A stretch of 28,456 nucleotides of DNA from positions 1 to 28,456 of the IMG/VR virus record IMGVR_UViG_3300032247_001161; one strand, written 5' to 3'. Positions 8,416 to 17,335 of this stretch are shown here, one piece after another. The position numbers and the translations under genes are program-made. A model generated the notes under the pieces. It saw only the letters and a program-made list of their open reading frames with translations, was not told the origin of the DNA and did no database searches. The DNA comes from a virus (lineage: Duplodnaviria > Caudoviricetes). Within the stretch, counting starts at the first letter, position 1. The number at the start of each line of letters is the position of its first letter.

Positions 8416-10419
8416 TCATGGGGTAAACGAGACGTTGGACATGATTACAGGGCCTGCGACAGCGTAATAACCGTCTGTAGCGCCACCAAAGACCATGCGC
8501 CCGTTTACAGGCAAGACTAATCTTGTTGTTGTGATCATAAGTGTACCGTTTTTATAGACTTGCACCGTCATATCATTGCGGTCTGTGCCGGTGTAAACTA
8601 TTTTCCAGGTGTATCTTCCGTAGATCGTGTCTTGCACAAAATCTGTACTGTCGCCGTTTGAGTAAGTAGCTCCATTAAATGCTTTTATTAGCTCTCCCGC
8701 CTGCTTGACGTAGATACCTTGAGTGGCTGTTTGGTTTGGACCTGCGCCCCAAGGATTAAACGATATGAAGTGCGGGCTTGCAGCAGAGTCGTAGAGTCCG
8801 ATCGAGGCAAACCCGAGGCCGTCGCCCGTATAGGTTAAAGGTTTTGTGTCGTAATCTAAGATGCCGAAGCCTACTGCGCCACCCACGGGATTGGATGGGG
8901 GCATGTCTAGCGTGAACTGTATGGTGAACTTGTTGTATGCAAGCGAAGGCGTAATAATGTCGGAGACGATTGTTTCTTTCATGTTCCCAGACGCTTGTAG
9001 CAACTGGGCCTCTACGATTTCTCCGCTGCTGTTTGTTGTTAGGTAGCCGTAGATACCATTCTTTTTCCATTTGTTATAGTATGAGTAGTAGTAGTCGTTG
9101 TCGTCTTCTATGTCAGTGTTTCCGACGTCACGATCGGTGAGTACGCATAAGCAGCTTCCAGCTTTGTAGAGCTCTCCGACAATGAGGGCGTCATCAGCGG
9201 CGCGTTGGCGCGAGGCGACAGCTGATGCGATGTCAGTGCAGCGAGCTTCGCCATTGCTAGCATTGGCTTCATTATCTGTGTTTCCTGAGTCGAACATGAT
9301 TTTTGTGTTGCCGTCGCTTTCGCGTTCCAGTTTGTAGATGAAGCTGTCGCCTGGTTTGACGCTGTTTCCGCCACTGCTCGATAGAATCCCAGATCGGCAG
9401 CTCCAGTGGTATTTGGCCTTCCAAGTATCAGCTAGGGCCTGAGCATCGTCGTCGCACAGTGCTTTGACGTAGTCGCCGCTCTGACCTGTTGGGACGATGC
9501 GCAGTATCACCGTCGGGCGGATCCGGGGGTTTACCCGGTAGCTCATGTTGTTAGGGATGTGGGAGAAGAGACCGAATTTGGTGGAGTTGGAAGGGCGGAA
9601 GGTGTGACAAAAGTCAGGCCTGAACGTGTTGCCTTGACTGCGGATCTGGTAGACGTCGCCGGCACCACGGAGTTCGGAGTTACCAGTGGCGTCCTTGCTG
9701 GCCAGTCGCCCGGTGAGACGGTTGCTGCCTTGGAGTCGGCCACCCGAGGGCGCCCAGTAGATGGTCATGCGGCCCACCTCCTGGTTGGAGGCTTCGTTCT
9801 CGAAGCGGTAGGCCGAGAGGCTGTTGTCACCGATGGCGAAGCCTCGAGGGTCCAGGGCGCTAATCTTGCCTTCACCAAGCATGAAGATCGCCTTCAAGAA
9901 CTGGTTGCCGTTGGTGCTGATCAGCTGGGACCAGAGCAGGGGGAGGTTGATGCGGACGCCGCCGTAGGTGCCGGCCGGCCTCGGGGGGACAGCGCTCCAG
10001 GGGTCGCCTGGGTAGCCCGAGGCTGGTTGCGCGGGCAGGGACTGCCGGTTGGCGTAGATCAGGGGGATGGTGGTGCCCAGCGCGGCCGGCTGCTGGACCG
10101 AGTTGAAGCCGACACGGGGGGAGAAGCCGCTGTTCTCCGTGATGTTGTTGGCGTCCTTGTTCTTGTTGTCGATGCCACCCGTGCCAGCCTTCTGCTCGCG
10201 AGGCTTGAAGAAGCTGGCGGCGATGGTCAGGCCGACCGAGAGAGCGAAGGCGGCGATTGCGATGATCTCGAAGATGCCCGCCTGGGGGACTGACAGGTCG
10301 ATGCGGCTCTTCTGTCTCACCTCCGTTTTGAAACGGCGGTAGTCGTCCTCGGTGATGCCCAGGATTTCGGCAATGTGCCGGTCGTAGGGAAGGAGGGGCG
10401 GGGTGCGCTCAGGCATCAC
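8416..10419 (-). CDS. Tail tip protein (lambda I/J-like), N-terminal part, with a C-terminal lectin-like domain
   Basis: 667 aa. Contains a hydrophobic helix (IIAIAAFALSVGLTIAASFF), QQPAALGTTIPLIY and LKAIFMLGEG, as in I/J N-termini. The last ~230 aa are AT-richer and end MVFGGATDG...SNVSF (L-type lectin-like). Confidence 0.7.
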   Translation of the reverse strand: MMPERTPPLLPYDRHIAEILGITEDDYRRFKTEVRQKSRIDLSVPQAGIFEIIAIAAFALSVGLTIAASFFKPREQKAGTGGIDNKNKDANNITENSGFSPRVGFNSVQQPAALGTTIPLIYANRQSLPAQPASGYPGDPWSAVPPRPAGTYGGVRINLPLLWSQLISTNGNQFLKAIFMLGEGKISALDPRGFAIGDNSLSAYRFENEASNQEVGRMTIYWAPSGGRLQGSNRLTGRLASKDATGNSELRGAGDVYQIRSQGNTFRPDFCHTFRPSNSTKFGLFSHIPNNMSYRVNPRIRPTVILRIVPTGQSGDYVKALCDDDAQALADTWKAKYHWSCRSGILSSSGGNSVKPGDSFIYKLERESDGNTKIMFDSGNTDNEANASNGEARCTDIASAVASRQRAADDALIVGELYKAGSCLCVLTDRDVGNTDIEDDNDYYYSYYNKWKKNGIYGYLTTNSSGEIVEAQLLQASGNMKETIVSDIITPSLAYNKFTIQFTLDMPPSNPVGGAVGFGILDYDTKPLTYTGDGLGFASIGLYDSAASPHFISFNPWGAGPNQTATQGIYVKQAGELIKAFNGATYSNGDSTDFVQDTIYGRYTWKIVYTGTDRNDMTVQVYKNGTLMITTTRLVLPVNGRMVFGGATDGYYAVAGPVIMSNVSFTP

Positions 10420-10813
10420 GGAGCTTGTAGAAGGCTGTGGTGGAAGGGAGTGTGCGGAGCGGCAGGGCCTGCACTCCGCGGCGGTGGTGAGGGATCAGCA
10501 GGAAGGGGCCAGGCACCACCACCCCGAGGCCGAGGGTGTAGTCACCGGCGGGGTCGCCGGTCTCCAGGAGGGTGAGGCTCCAGGGCTCGGGGGAGGGAAT
10601 CTCTTCGCAGTGCCGGTAGAAGGCGTCGCGGAGCTCGTCCCAGGACTCCTGGTGGGCCAGCTCGATCCAGTCATCGACGGCGGGCATGGGGTGGCCGGCC
10701 TCGGTGAGGAGGATCTTGGTGATCACCAGGCAGCAGGCGGCGCCGTCAGTACGAGGATCGGCGCCGATGCGGTGTGGAAGGCCAATCCACTGATGCCAGT
10801 CATGGTGATCCAT
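10409..10813 (-). CDS. NlpC/P60-like tail assembly protein (lambda K-like)
   Basis: 134 aa with WIGLPHRIGADP...AACC; positioned between L-like and J-like genes. Confidence 0.65.
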   Translation of the reverse strand: MDHHDWHQWIGLPHRIGADPRTDGAACCLVITKILLTEAGHPMPAVDDWIELAHQESWDELRDAFYRHCEEIPSPEPWSLTLLETGDPAGDYTLGLGVVVPGPFLLIPHHRRGVQALPLRTLPSTTAFYKLRDA

Positions 10814-10821
10814 GGGCCAGT

Positions 10822-11304
10822 TTAGGCAGTGAAAATGGTGCCGGTAGGAGGGAGTGAGCCGACTAAATACTGTGAAAGGACGCGCTTCGGTACTTGTTCG
10901 CGTGTGGCATCTAGTGGACTACCGAGGGTGAGCGAAACTTTCTCGTAGTCGTGGGAGCCGGAGACGCAGGACCAGATTTCGGTGCTGATCGTGTAGGACT
11001 CGGTGATGGAGCCGTCCTCGGGGGTGTCGAGGATGACGGTTTGGACGTCGATCAGCCAGTGGTTAGTGGCGGCTTCTGCGATCAGGTTGACGGTGAGAGG
11101 GTTGGGAGTGGTGATCAGGCTGGATTGGCCGGTTTCGCCGCCGCGGCTGCTGCGGTTACCGCTAAGCATGAATGGCGCGAATTTGTAGGGGGTGCCGCTG
11201 TAGGTGCGGGTCTCGCCTGGGAAGAAGTTTTGGTAGTTCTGCCCGTTGATGGTAGTGCCATCGCGGAGGGTGAAGGTGATGTAGCTGGCAACGGCGATGT
11301 CCAT
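10822..11304 (-). CDS. Minor tail protein (lambda L-like)
   Basis: 160 aa; YSGTPYKFAPF...VSLTLGSPLDA...VPKRVL; follows the tape measure gene with a TGATG overlap. Confidence 0.65.
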   Translation of the reverse strand: MDIAVASYITFTLRDGTTINGQNYQNFFPGETRTYSGTPYKFAPFMLSGNRSSRGGETGQSSLITTPNPLTVNLIAEAATNHWLIDVQTVILDTPEDGSITESYTISTEIWSCVSGSHDYEKVSLTLGSPLDATREQVPKRVLSQYLVGSLPPTGTIFTA

Positions 11305-14300
11305 CAGACTCCAAGCCTCCGGCGAGTGTTGACTGAGCGCTGCAGGCCTTCGTAGGCGAGCGCTCGGCCTCGTTCAGCGGCTTGTTGCATGCCCTTGCGG
11401 TGCTGCTCTGCGGTGACGTATTCGACGTTGTTGATGACGCTGGACTCGAAGCGGACATCGATCGAGCCGGCGGCGGCCAGGGCCTGACCGTCCTCGGGGG
11501 AGGAGCGGCGGCTTCCACCGAGGGCGCTGCGGGTGCCGGCGAAGAGGTCTTCGTTGGAGGTGATGTGGCCGGAGGAGCTTGGGGTGAAGAGCTCGGGGCC
11601 GTTTTCGCCGACGATGTAGGGGCTGTTGGCAGAGACGGGGCCGCCCGCGGCGCGGAAGCCGAAGAGCTTGCCCAGGCCCCCACCGGGGGTGAAGGCTCCG
11701 GCCAGGGAGGCGATGCCGCCGAAGATGCCGGCGAGGCCCATCAATGTGTTGTAGGTGCCGCCTTTTTTCATTTGACCAATACCGGCGATGCTCATAGCGA
11801 TGCCGGCGAAAGCCGCTACAGCACCGCCGATACCCTGTTGTAGTTTGCTGAAGTCTTTAGGCACAGCACTTGCACTATCCGCTGTCTTTTTAAGTGCGGC
11901 AGTGGTTGATTGTGTGGCTTTGCTTAACGCAGGTATCGTCTCAGACACTGTTTTAGCTGCATCCGCTCCCTCTTGGACCGGTACGACGTTGAGAGGGACG
12001 ATACCATTGGCGGGAGTGGTGGCGGCGCTGCTGGGCGAGGCCGGAGGTGTCGAACCCACAGGCGTTGTTATGGCTGTAATTAGATCTCTAATAACTAACG
12101 AGAGTTCCTTAGTCGCACCTTGTGTACCCCCGAGGGCGGTAATCATCGCGTTCTCCGCAGCTTGTTTGGCATCAGGTACTTTCAGGAGTTTATCAAATAT
12201 TTGCTGAAAATTGTCTTTTACAGTTTTGCTTACATATTCGGTGAACATACTGGTAAACTCTTTGGCCAATGAGTCTGTGAACGCCGCTGTAGCTTCTTGG
12301 ATAGATTTAGAGCCTGAGACAAGGTCGTTGATGAAGTTTTTGTAGCCCGAAACCCAGGTATCAGTGAGTTTATTAGATAGCGCGATTTTGTTCGTGTAGG
12401 TCTCTAGTGCGCGGTTGAACGGGTCCATTTGTTTGACAGTCTCGAGCATCCCGTTACGGTATGCAACGACGGCTTCTCGTAGCTGAGCAACGTTCTCGGG
12501 GGTGAGCGGTCCTTTGAACTCAGCTAGTTTAGTGTTGAAGAAGATTAAGGTCTTTTGGGCAACGTCTGCTTGGGCTTTTTCTAAAGAGTACGTACTGTCA
12601 GCAGCCGATGCTACAGCATTTGTAAAGTTAGTGATGACTTGCTGAAACTCTGTAGTCTTGAATGAAGCCAGCTCTTGTTCAATACTTTTATTGAGATCTT
12701 TTACCTTAGTGTTGGTGTCTATCTCTTGCCGGGCAGATCGAGTATCGACAATTCGTTGTGCGCCTTTTAAGTATGCTTGTTGTATTGCTTTAAGAAATTG
12801 TTCTTGGAGCGTTTTAGGAACGCCTACCATGTTCTCGGTGTAATATTTAATCATCTGTTCTCTGTCTTTTTCGGCGTAGTTCGCGTTTACATAGGTGCGT
12901 ATTGCGTTTTTGTACGCGATGTCGAGGTTGGTCACCTCTTGATCTGCTTCGTCGACTGATTTGCCAAAGTTTTTAAGGCTCTCTATAGACGCGGCTAGTT
13001 GAGCCCTAGACTGAGCTAATGGCGCAAAGTAATCATCCTTAACTTGAGTAAGGGTGGAAGGATCTCCTACAGTTTTAAGAATTTCAAGAGCCTTCTGTTT
13101 ATCACCTGCGGCTACAGCGTCTTCAAGGTCTTTGAGGGCAGCAGTTACAGAGGTTTCTAGGGCTGCAATACGAGCTGTCATGCCATCGTAGTCTATATTA
13201 AGGTTAGGTGCTTTAATGGTCTCTTGATTTTGCGGCTTAATCCATCGCTCAAGGTTTAGCGCTCCGACTGCCTCTTGACGAAGTTTAGTTGCCAGATCGG
13301 CTGGCAAGCCCGATCTTGCTACTGCACTTTCTAAAGTGAGCTCCTTTCCTTGGGCTTTATTCTGGTCTAGTAACCACTTAAGTCTTGTAAGAACTGTATT
13401 GGCGTCTGAAGTACCATCAACACCTACAACATCTTTACCTACAAGCTGAAGAAGTGCGTAAGCATCAGTTGTACTAAGTCCAGTAATTTTCCTGGCGTTA
13501 TTTGTGAACTGTTGTTGCTGTTCAGTGTTGTAAGGTTTCCAGTGTACGCTTGCCAGAACTTCTTTTTGTCGTGCCACCTGTAGTTCTTGCTGAACACGTA
13601 TCTCACTTTGCTTACGTTCGTAGTCGGCCACACTTTTACGGTAGGAGCCGACTTGCTTTTCTAACGCTACTTTCTCGCGTTGGAGTTTGAAGGCGTAGTC
13701 TTCGATAGCTTTTTTGGCTTGCTGCTCTTTCTGTAAGTATTCCTGCTTGCGGTTTATTGAGTTATCGTCGGCGGTCTTAGTGGCGATGGCGTACTGCTCA
13801 GCCAGGTCGAGGATTCGTTGATTTTCCTGGCCAGCGTTCGCCTTGAGCAGGCTGAATCGTCCTCGGAGGGCCTCGAGTTCTTGGTTCTGGATTTCCTTGC
13901 GCTTCTGCTGCTCAAGGCCGAGCACCTCCATCCTGGATTGGAAGGCTTTGTCGTTGATCTCCTTCTCGAAGTCTTCGCGAGCAAGCTTGATTTTGTCTTC
14001 GAGGTCTTTTCGGCGCTCCCCGAGGACTTCGAAGTCCTTTAATTGCTGATCTTCTTTCTGAAGTTTGTTTAGAGCCTCTCGTGCTGTATTGATTGCAATC
14101 TGAGTTTGGACCTCTTCTTTTTTAACTTTGACAAGATCTTTGGCTAAGTTGTAGGATTTAAGACCCAGCGTAATAGCTGTTACGCTATTGGCAGTTGAGT
14201 CTGTGCTATCTGGGCTGACTTGACTCAGAGCCTGAGCTTTCCGTATATCGCTAAGTCGTTTCTGCTCATTTTCTATATCGTTGCGGCGTTTCCTAAGCTT

Positions 14301-17264
14301 TTCTAAATTCTCTCTTTCAATATTGAACTCGGTCTGAGCTGCTTCTTTGAATCTGTCAAGCCTATTTTGAGCGTTTACGTCTCCGCCTTCAGCGGCTTTG
14401 ATTACACTCGTCCATCCACTTGCTAAAATCTGCTGAATCTTAATATTATCCCTAATTTTCTCATTAGTCCGCTGAACTTGCTGCTCGTGCTGCTGCCAAG
14501 CGGTTATCACGGCTGAAATTAAGACCGTTGCTGCAGTGAAGCCTAAGTTTATGAGTAGTGTAGTTGTAAGAAACGTTTTTAGTGATTTTGCAGCTACATT
14601 AACAGCTCCACCCAGGCCCTGCATCTGCGCCTGTGTAAGGCCGAGCCTCTCACCTAAAGTCGTAAGCACTGATGACAGTGCTAATGCACTTGAAGCTCCA
14701 CTAGCCATTACTGACGCCGTCCGGGCTGCTTCTTTTGCCTGTACGAGTTCTGCTCCACCTCCTATTGCAGTTTTGATTAGCGCACCGGCTCGCTGCGCTT
14801 TTGTGAATCCCTCCTGCGCTTTCTCAGCCTCACGTAGTGCCGCAGTTGTCTTTTCTATATCTTTTTGGTTTTTCAGGATCGCGGTGGCGGTTCCCGGAGT
14901 ACCGTAAGGCGCAGCAATGGCTTGCTCAGTTTCTCGCAACTCTTTGAGTTTCTTTTTAAGTAGTTCAATCTGGGCGAGATTGCGAATAACTGGATTCCCG
15001 CTTGCAGCTTGTATGTTTAATACTTTCAGTGACGCGGCTTGTGATTCTGCGATTATCCGACTTATATTGCCTGCATCTCTAAAACCTTTTACGAACAACC
15101 CGACATCAACTAAGAGTTGGCGGAATATTTTGCTTGTCTGGAAGCCCCAAACCACTAGACTTTTGAGGCCAAATAGTTCGGTGTTGGCTAAAAGTCTGTT
15201 GATCGCCGTAAACGAGACTACTACCGCGGCTACGTTGTTTCCAAAAATCTCCCAGCTGTTAATGGTATTGCCTATATTATCAAAGACACTTAAGGCTAGA
15301 TTTATTTTACCTAAGAGCGCACTACCGAATAGTTCAAAGACTGTTGCAGCAGCTCGAATGGTCGCGGTAAACTCTATGAGTTTGAGACGAGCAAGAGCCG
15401 TACCAAAAGTCAAAGCAGCTTTAGCTGCATATTGAATTGTAGATCCGATGGTATCCCAGCCTTTAGTGAACGCATCTCCACCCTCGGCTAGAAGAAATTG
15501 TGGTGCGCGGGATAAGGCTTGAACCGGTCTCTGCCAGCCACCTTGGACTTTATCTCTCGTCTGATCAAGTAGTTTAATAATAGGATCGACGATTAACGAA
15601 ACTTGCGCCTTAAGAAAGTTACCTATTGATATTAGAGCTTTAACTAAGCCCTCAAACGCGGGTGGAACCTTTCGTACACCATCGATCCAATCCTGTAGAA
15701 GATTGATCGACTTACCGGACCCTACGAGCCCGAGTTCGAGACTACGCGCCAGTTCTTGGTATGGTCCTGCAAGTGAAGACAGGCCTTGCTGAAAACTTTT
15801 GATAAGATTTGATTTGGCAAAAGCATCTGTTATAGTTTTAAGTGTTCGTACAAGAGTTCCAGCTAAGTATCCTCCTACCTGGCTGACAATATCTTGTACG
15901 CTCTTTAGTATGTTATAGATTACTGTTAAACCACTTACCAGAGGCTGCAGTAGTGGCGCTCCGATGCGCTGTGTTACAACTTCGAATACTTCCTGTATAT
16001 TGGAGAGAACGCCAGCGAAGCTCTTGGCGCTAATGGCTTGGCCTGCTACAGCGATCTCAAGCTTTTTCTTGAGGTAACCGATTACGCCATCAACCCCTTG
16101 CTTGGCCTTCTCGATGTCTTGGTTTGAGATTTGAAGACGCTTAGCAAGCAGTGAGTCCTCGGTGATGTACCCTCCCAGGATTGAACCGATCTCCTGCCTG
16201 GCTTGATAGAAAGGGATGCCTAGCGTGCCTAAAGCCGCTGTAAAGCTAATCGATAGGTCTTCTGCATCCTTGATACTTCCGTTGACTTGGCTGATCGAAG
16301 TGGCTACAACTCCGAAAATGTCAATAATCTGTGAGGATGTCACTCCTGCGAGATCAAGAGATCTCACCCGGATACTTTCGATCGACTTCTTGACATCGTC
16401 ACCGAGAGCGTTTATCTTTTCGAGAGGATCAGTTAGTTCTTGACCGGTGTTGCGGTTGAGGATACGGCCTGTAGAGGCTAGTGTTGTCTGAGTTGAAAGT
16501 ATTGTCTGCTCGAGTCTGACGTTCTGTCCAATGATAGAGTCGAATGCTGCTCCCCATGCCGAGGCTAGCGGTCCTACAAGTAGTTGAACACCTTGGATAG
16601 CGAGACCTACTCGCGCCAAAGTGTCTATGGTAGCGCTTGTGCCAGTTTTGATGTCGTCAAACAGATCTCCATAAAGAAAATGTTGAGTTGTTCTGAAACC
16701 GCTCTCGAACCCTTGCTTCATCCCAGCTAGGGTCTGGTCTGCTATGTTCCCTCCATATTTCTTCCAGGCTTCTGCTCGAGCGTAGTTTTCGACTGGTCCT
16801 AGGACGTCTGCTGCTCCTGGGAGTTCTCGTAGGTTTTTATAGGTTTCTGCGATCTCTTTTGAACGACTGCCAGCGTTGTCTATAACTCGGTCAAGAAACT
16901 TATCTGAGTTCATGAACTCAGATACGTTCGTTTTCCCGAGCGCTTTTCCCAGATCTCTTTCGAGGCCTTTGATGTCGCCTCGCATTCCGTAGAACTTTGA
17001 AGCTAGAACAGTGGCTCCTGCAATGGAGTCTGAAGATATGATATTGATGCCGTGACTGGCCTTTATGTTGTTGGCGGCTTCCTGTATATTTCTTGCTACT
17101 TTCTCTGTGTCTTCGGCACCACGCGCTAACGCTGACGTGTCGACAGCAAGTTTAATGTTGCGGGTACGGTCTGTGAGGTTAAAAAGTCTATTGTCAACAG
17201 CGTCTAGCTTGTCTACTGCACTTTTTGTTTCGGCTGTTAGTCTAACCTGATATTCTTGGCTCAT
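11304..17264 (-). CDS. Tail tape measure protein
   Basis: 1986 aa, helical/coiled-coil with hydrophobic segments; C-terminal FRAAGGPVSANSPYIVGENGPELFTP motif; located directly after the chaperone genes. Confidence 0.92.
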   Translation of the reverse strand: MSQEYQVRLTAETKSAVDKLDAVDNRLFNLTDRTRNIKLAVDTSALARGAEDTEKVARNIQEAANNIKASHGINIISSDSIAGATVLASKFYGMRGDIKGLERDLGKALGKTNVSEFMNSDKFLDRVIDNAGSRSKEIAETYKNLRELPGAADVLGPVENYARAEAWKKYGGNIADQTLAGMKQGFESGFRTTQHFLYGDLFDDIKTGTSATIDTLARVGLAIQGVQLLVGPLASAWGAAFDSIIGQNVRLEQTILSTQTTLASTGRILNRNTGQELTDPLEKINALGDDVKKSIESIRVRSLDLAGVTSSQIIDIFGVVATSISQVNGSIKDAEDLSISFTAALGTLGIPFYQARQEIGSILGGYITEDSLLAKRLQISNQDIEKAKQGVDGVIGYLKKKLEIAVAGQAISAKSFAGVLSNIQEVFEVVTQRIGAPLLQPLVSGLTVIYNILKSVQDIVSQVGGYLAGTLVRTLKTITDAFAKSNLIKSFQQGLSSLAGPYQELARSLELGLVGSGKSINLLQDWIDGVRKVPPAFEGLVKALISIGNFLKAQVSLIVDPIIKLLDQTRDKVQGGWQRPVQALSRAPQFLLAEGGDAFTKGWDTIGSTIQYAAKAALTFGTALARLKLIEFTATIRAAATVFELFGSALLGKINLALSVFDNIGNTINSWEIFGNNVAAVVVSFTAINRLLANTELFGLKSLVVWGFQTSKIFRQLLVDVGLFVKGFRDAGNISRIIAESQAASLKVLNIQAASGNPVIRNLAQIELLKKKLKELRETEQAIAAPYGTPGTATAILKNQKDIEKTTAALREAEKAQEGFTKAQRAGALIKTAIGGGAELVQAKEAARTASVMASGASSALALSSVLTTLGERLGLTQAQMQGLGGAVNVAAKSLKTFLTTTLLINLGFTAATVLISAVITAWQQHEQQVQRTNEKIRDNIKIQQILASGWTSVIKAAEGGDVNAQNRLDRFKEAAQTEFNIERENLEKLRKRRNDIENEQKRLSDIRKAQALSQVSPDSTDSTANSVTAITLGLKSYNLAKDLVKVKKEEVQTQIAINTAREALNKLQKEDQQLKDFEVLGERRKDLEDKIKLAREDFEKEINDKAFQSRMEVLGLEQQKRKEIQNQELEALRGRFSLLKANAGQENQRILDLAEQYAIATKTADDNSINRKQEYLQKEQQAKKAIEDYAFKLQREKVALEKQVGSYRKSVADYERKQSEIRVQQELQVARQKEVLASVHWKPYNTEQQQQFTNNARKITGLSTTDAYALLQLVGKDVVGVDGTSDANTVLTRLKWLLDQNKAQGKELTLESAVARSGLPADLATKLRQEAVGALNLERWIKPQNQETIKAPNLNIDYDGMTARIAALETSVTAALKDLEDAVAAGDKQKALEILKTVGDPSTLTQVKDDYFAPLAQSRAQLAASIESLKNFGKSVDEADQEVTNLDIAYKNAIRTYVNANYAEKDREQMIKYYTENMVGVPKTLQEQFLKAIQQAYLKGAQRIVDTRSARQEIDTNTKVKDLNKSIEQELASFKTTEFQQVITNFTNAVASAADSTYSLEKAQADVAQKTLIFFNTKLAEFKGPLTPENVAQLREAVVAYRNGMLETVKQMDPFNRALETYTNKIALSNKLTDTWVSGYKNFINDLVSGSKSIQEATAAFTDSLAKEFTSMFTEYVSKTVKDNFQQIFDKLLKVPDAKQAAENAMITALGGTQGATKELSLVIRDLITAITTPVGSTPPASPSSAATTPANGIVPLNVVPVQEGADAAKTVSETIPALSKATQSTTAALKKTADSASAVPKDFSKLQQGIGGAVAAFAGIAMSIAGIGQMKKGGTYNTLMGLAGIFGGIASLAGAFTPGGGLGKLFGFRAAGGPVSANSPYIVGENGPELFTPSSSGHITSNEDLFAGTRSALGGSRRSSPEDGQALAAAGSIDVRFESSVINNVEYVTAEQHRKGMQQAAERGRALAYEGLQRSVNTRRRLGV

Positions 17265-17335
17265 CTTAGACTTGCCTTCTGTGGTTAAGTGAGCATGCTG
17301 AGACCCATCTTAGGTCGGATGCGCTCTCGGGTTGA

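Noticed and set aside
8375-9140. Intron or intein explanation for the split tail-tip gene
   Set aside because: There are no intein C/S...HN termini, homing endonuclease or recognisable group I/II elements, and the downstream half has its own RBS.
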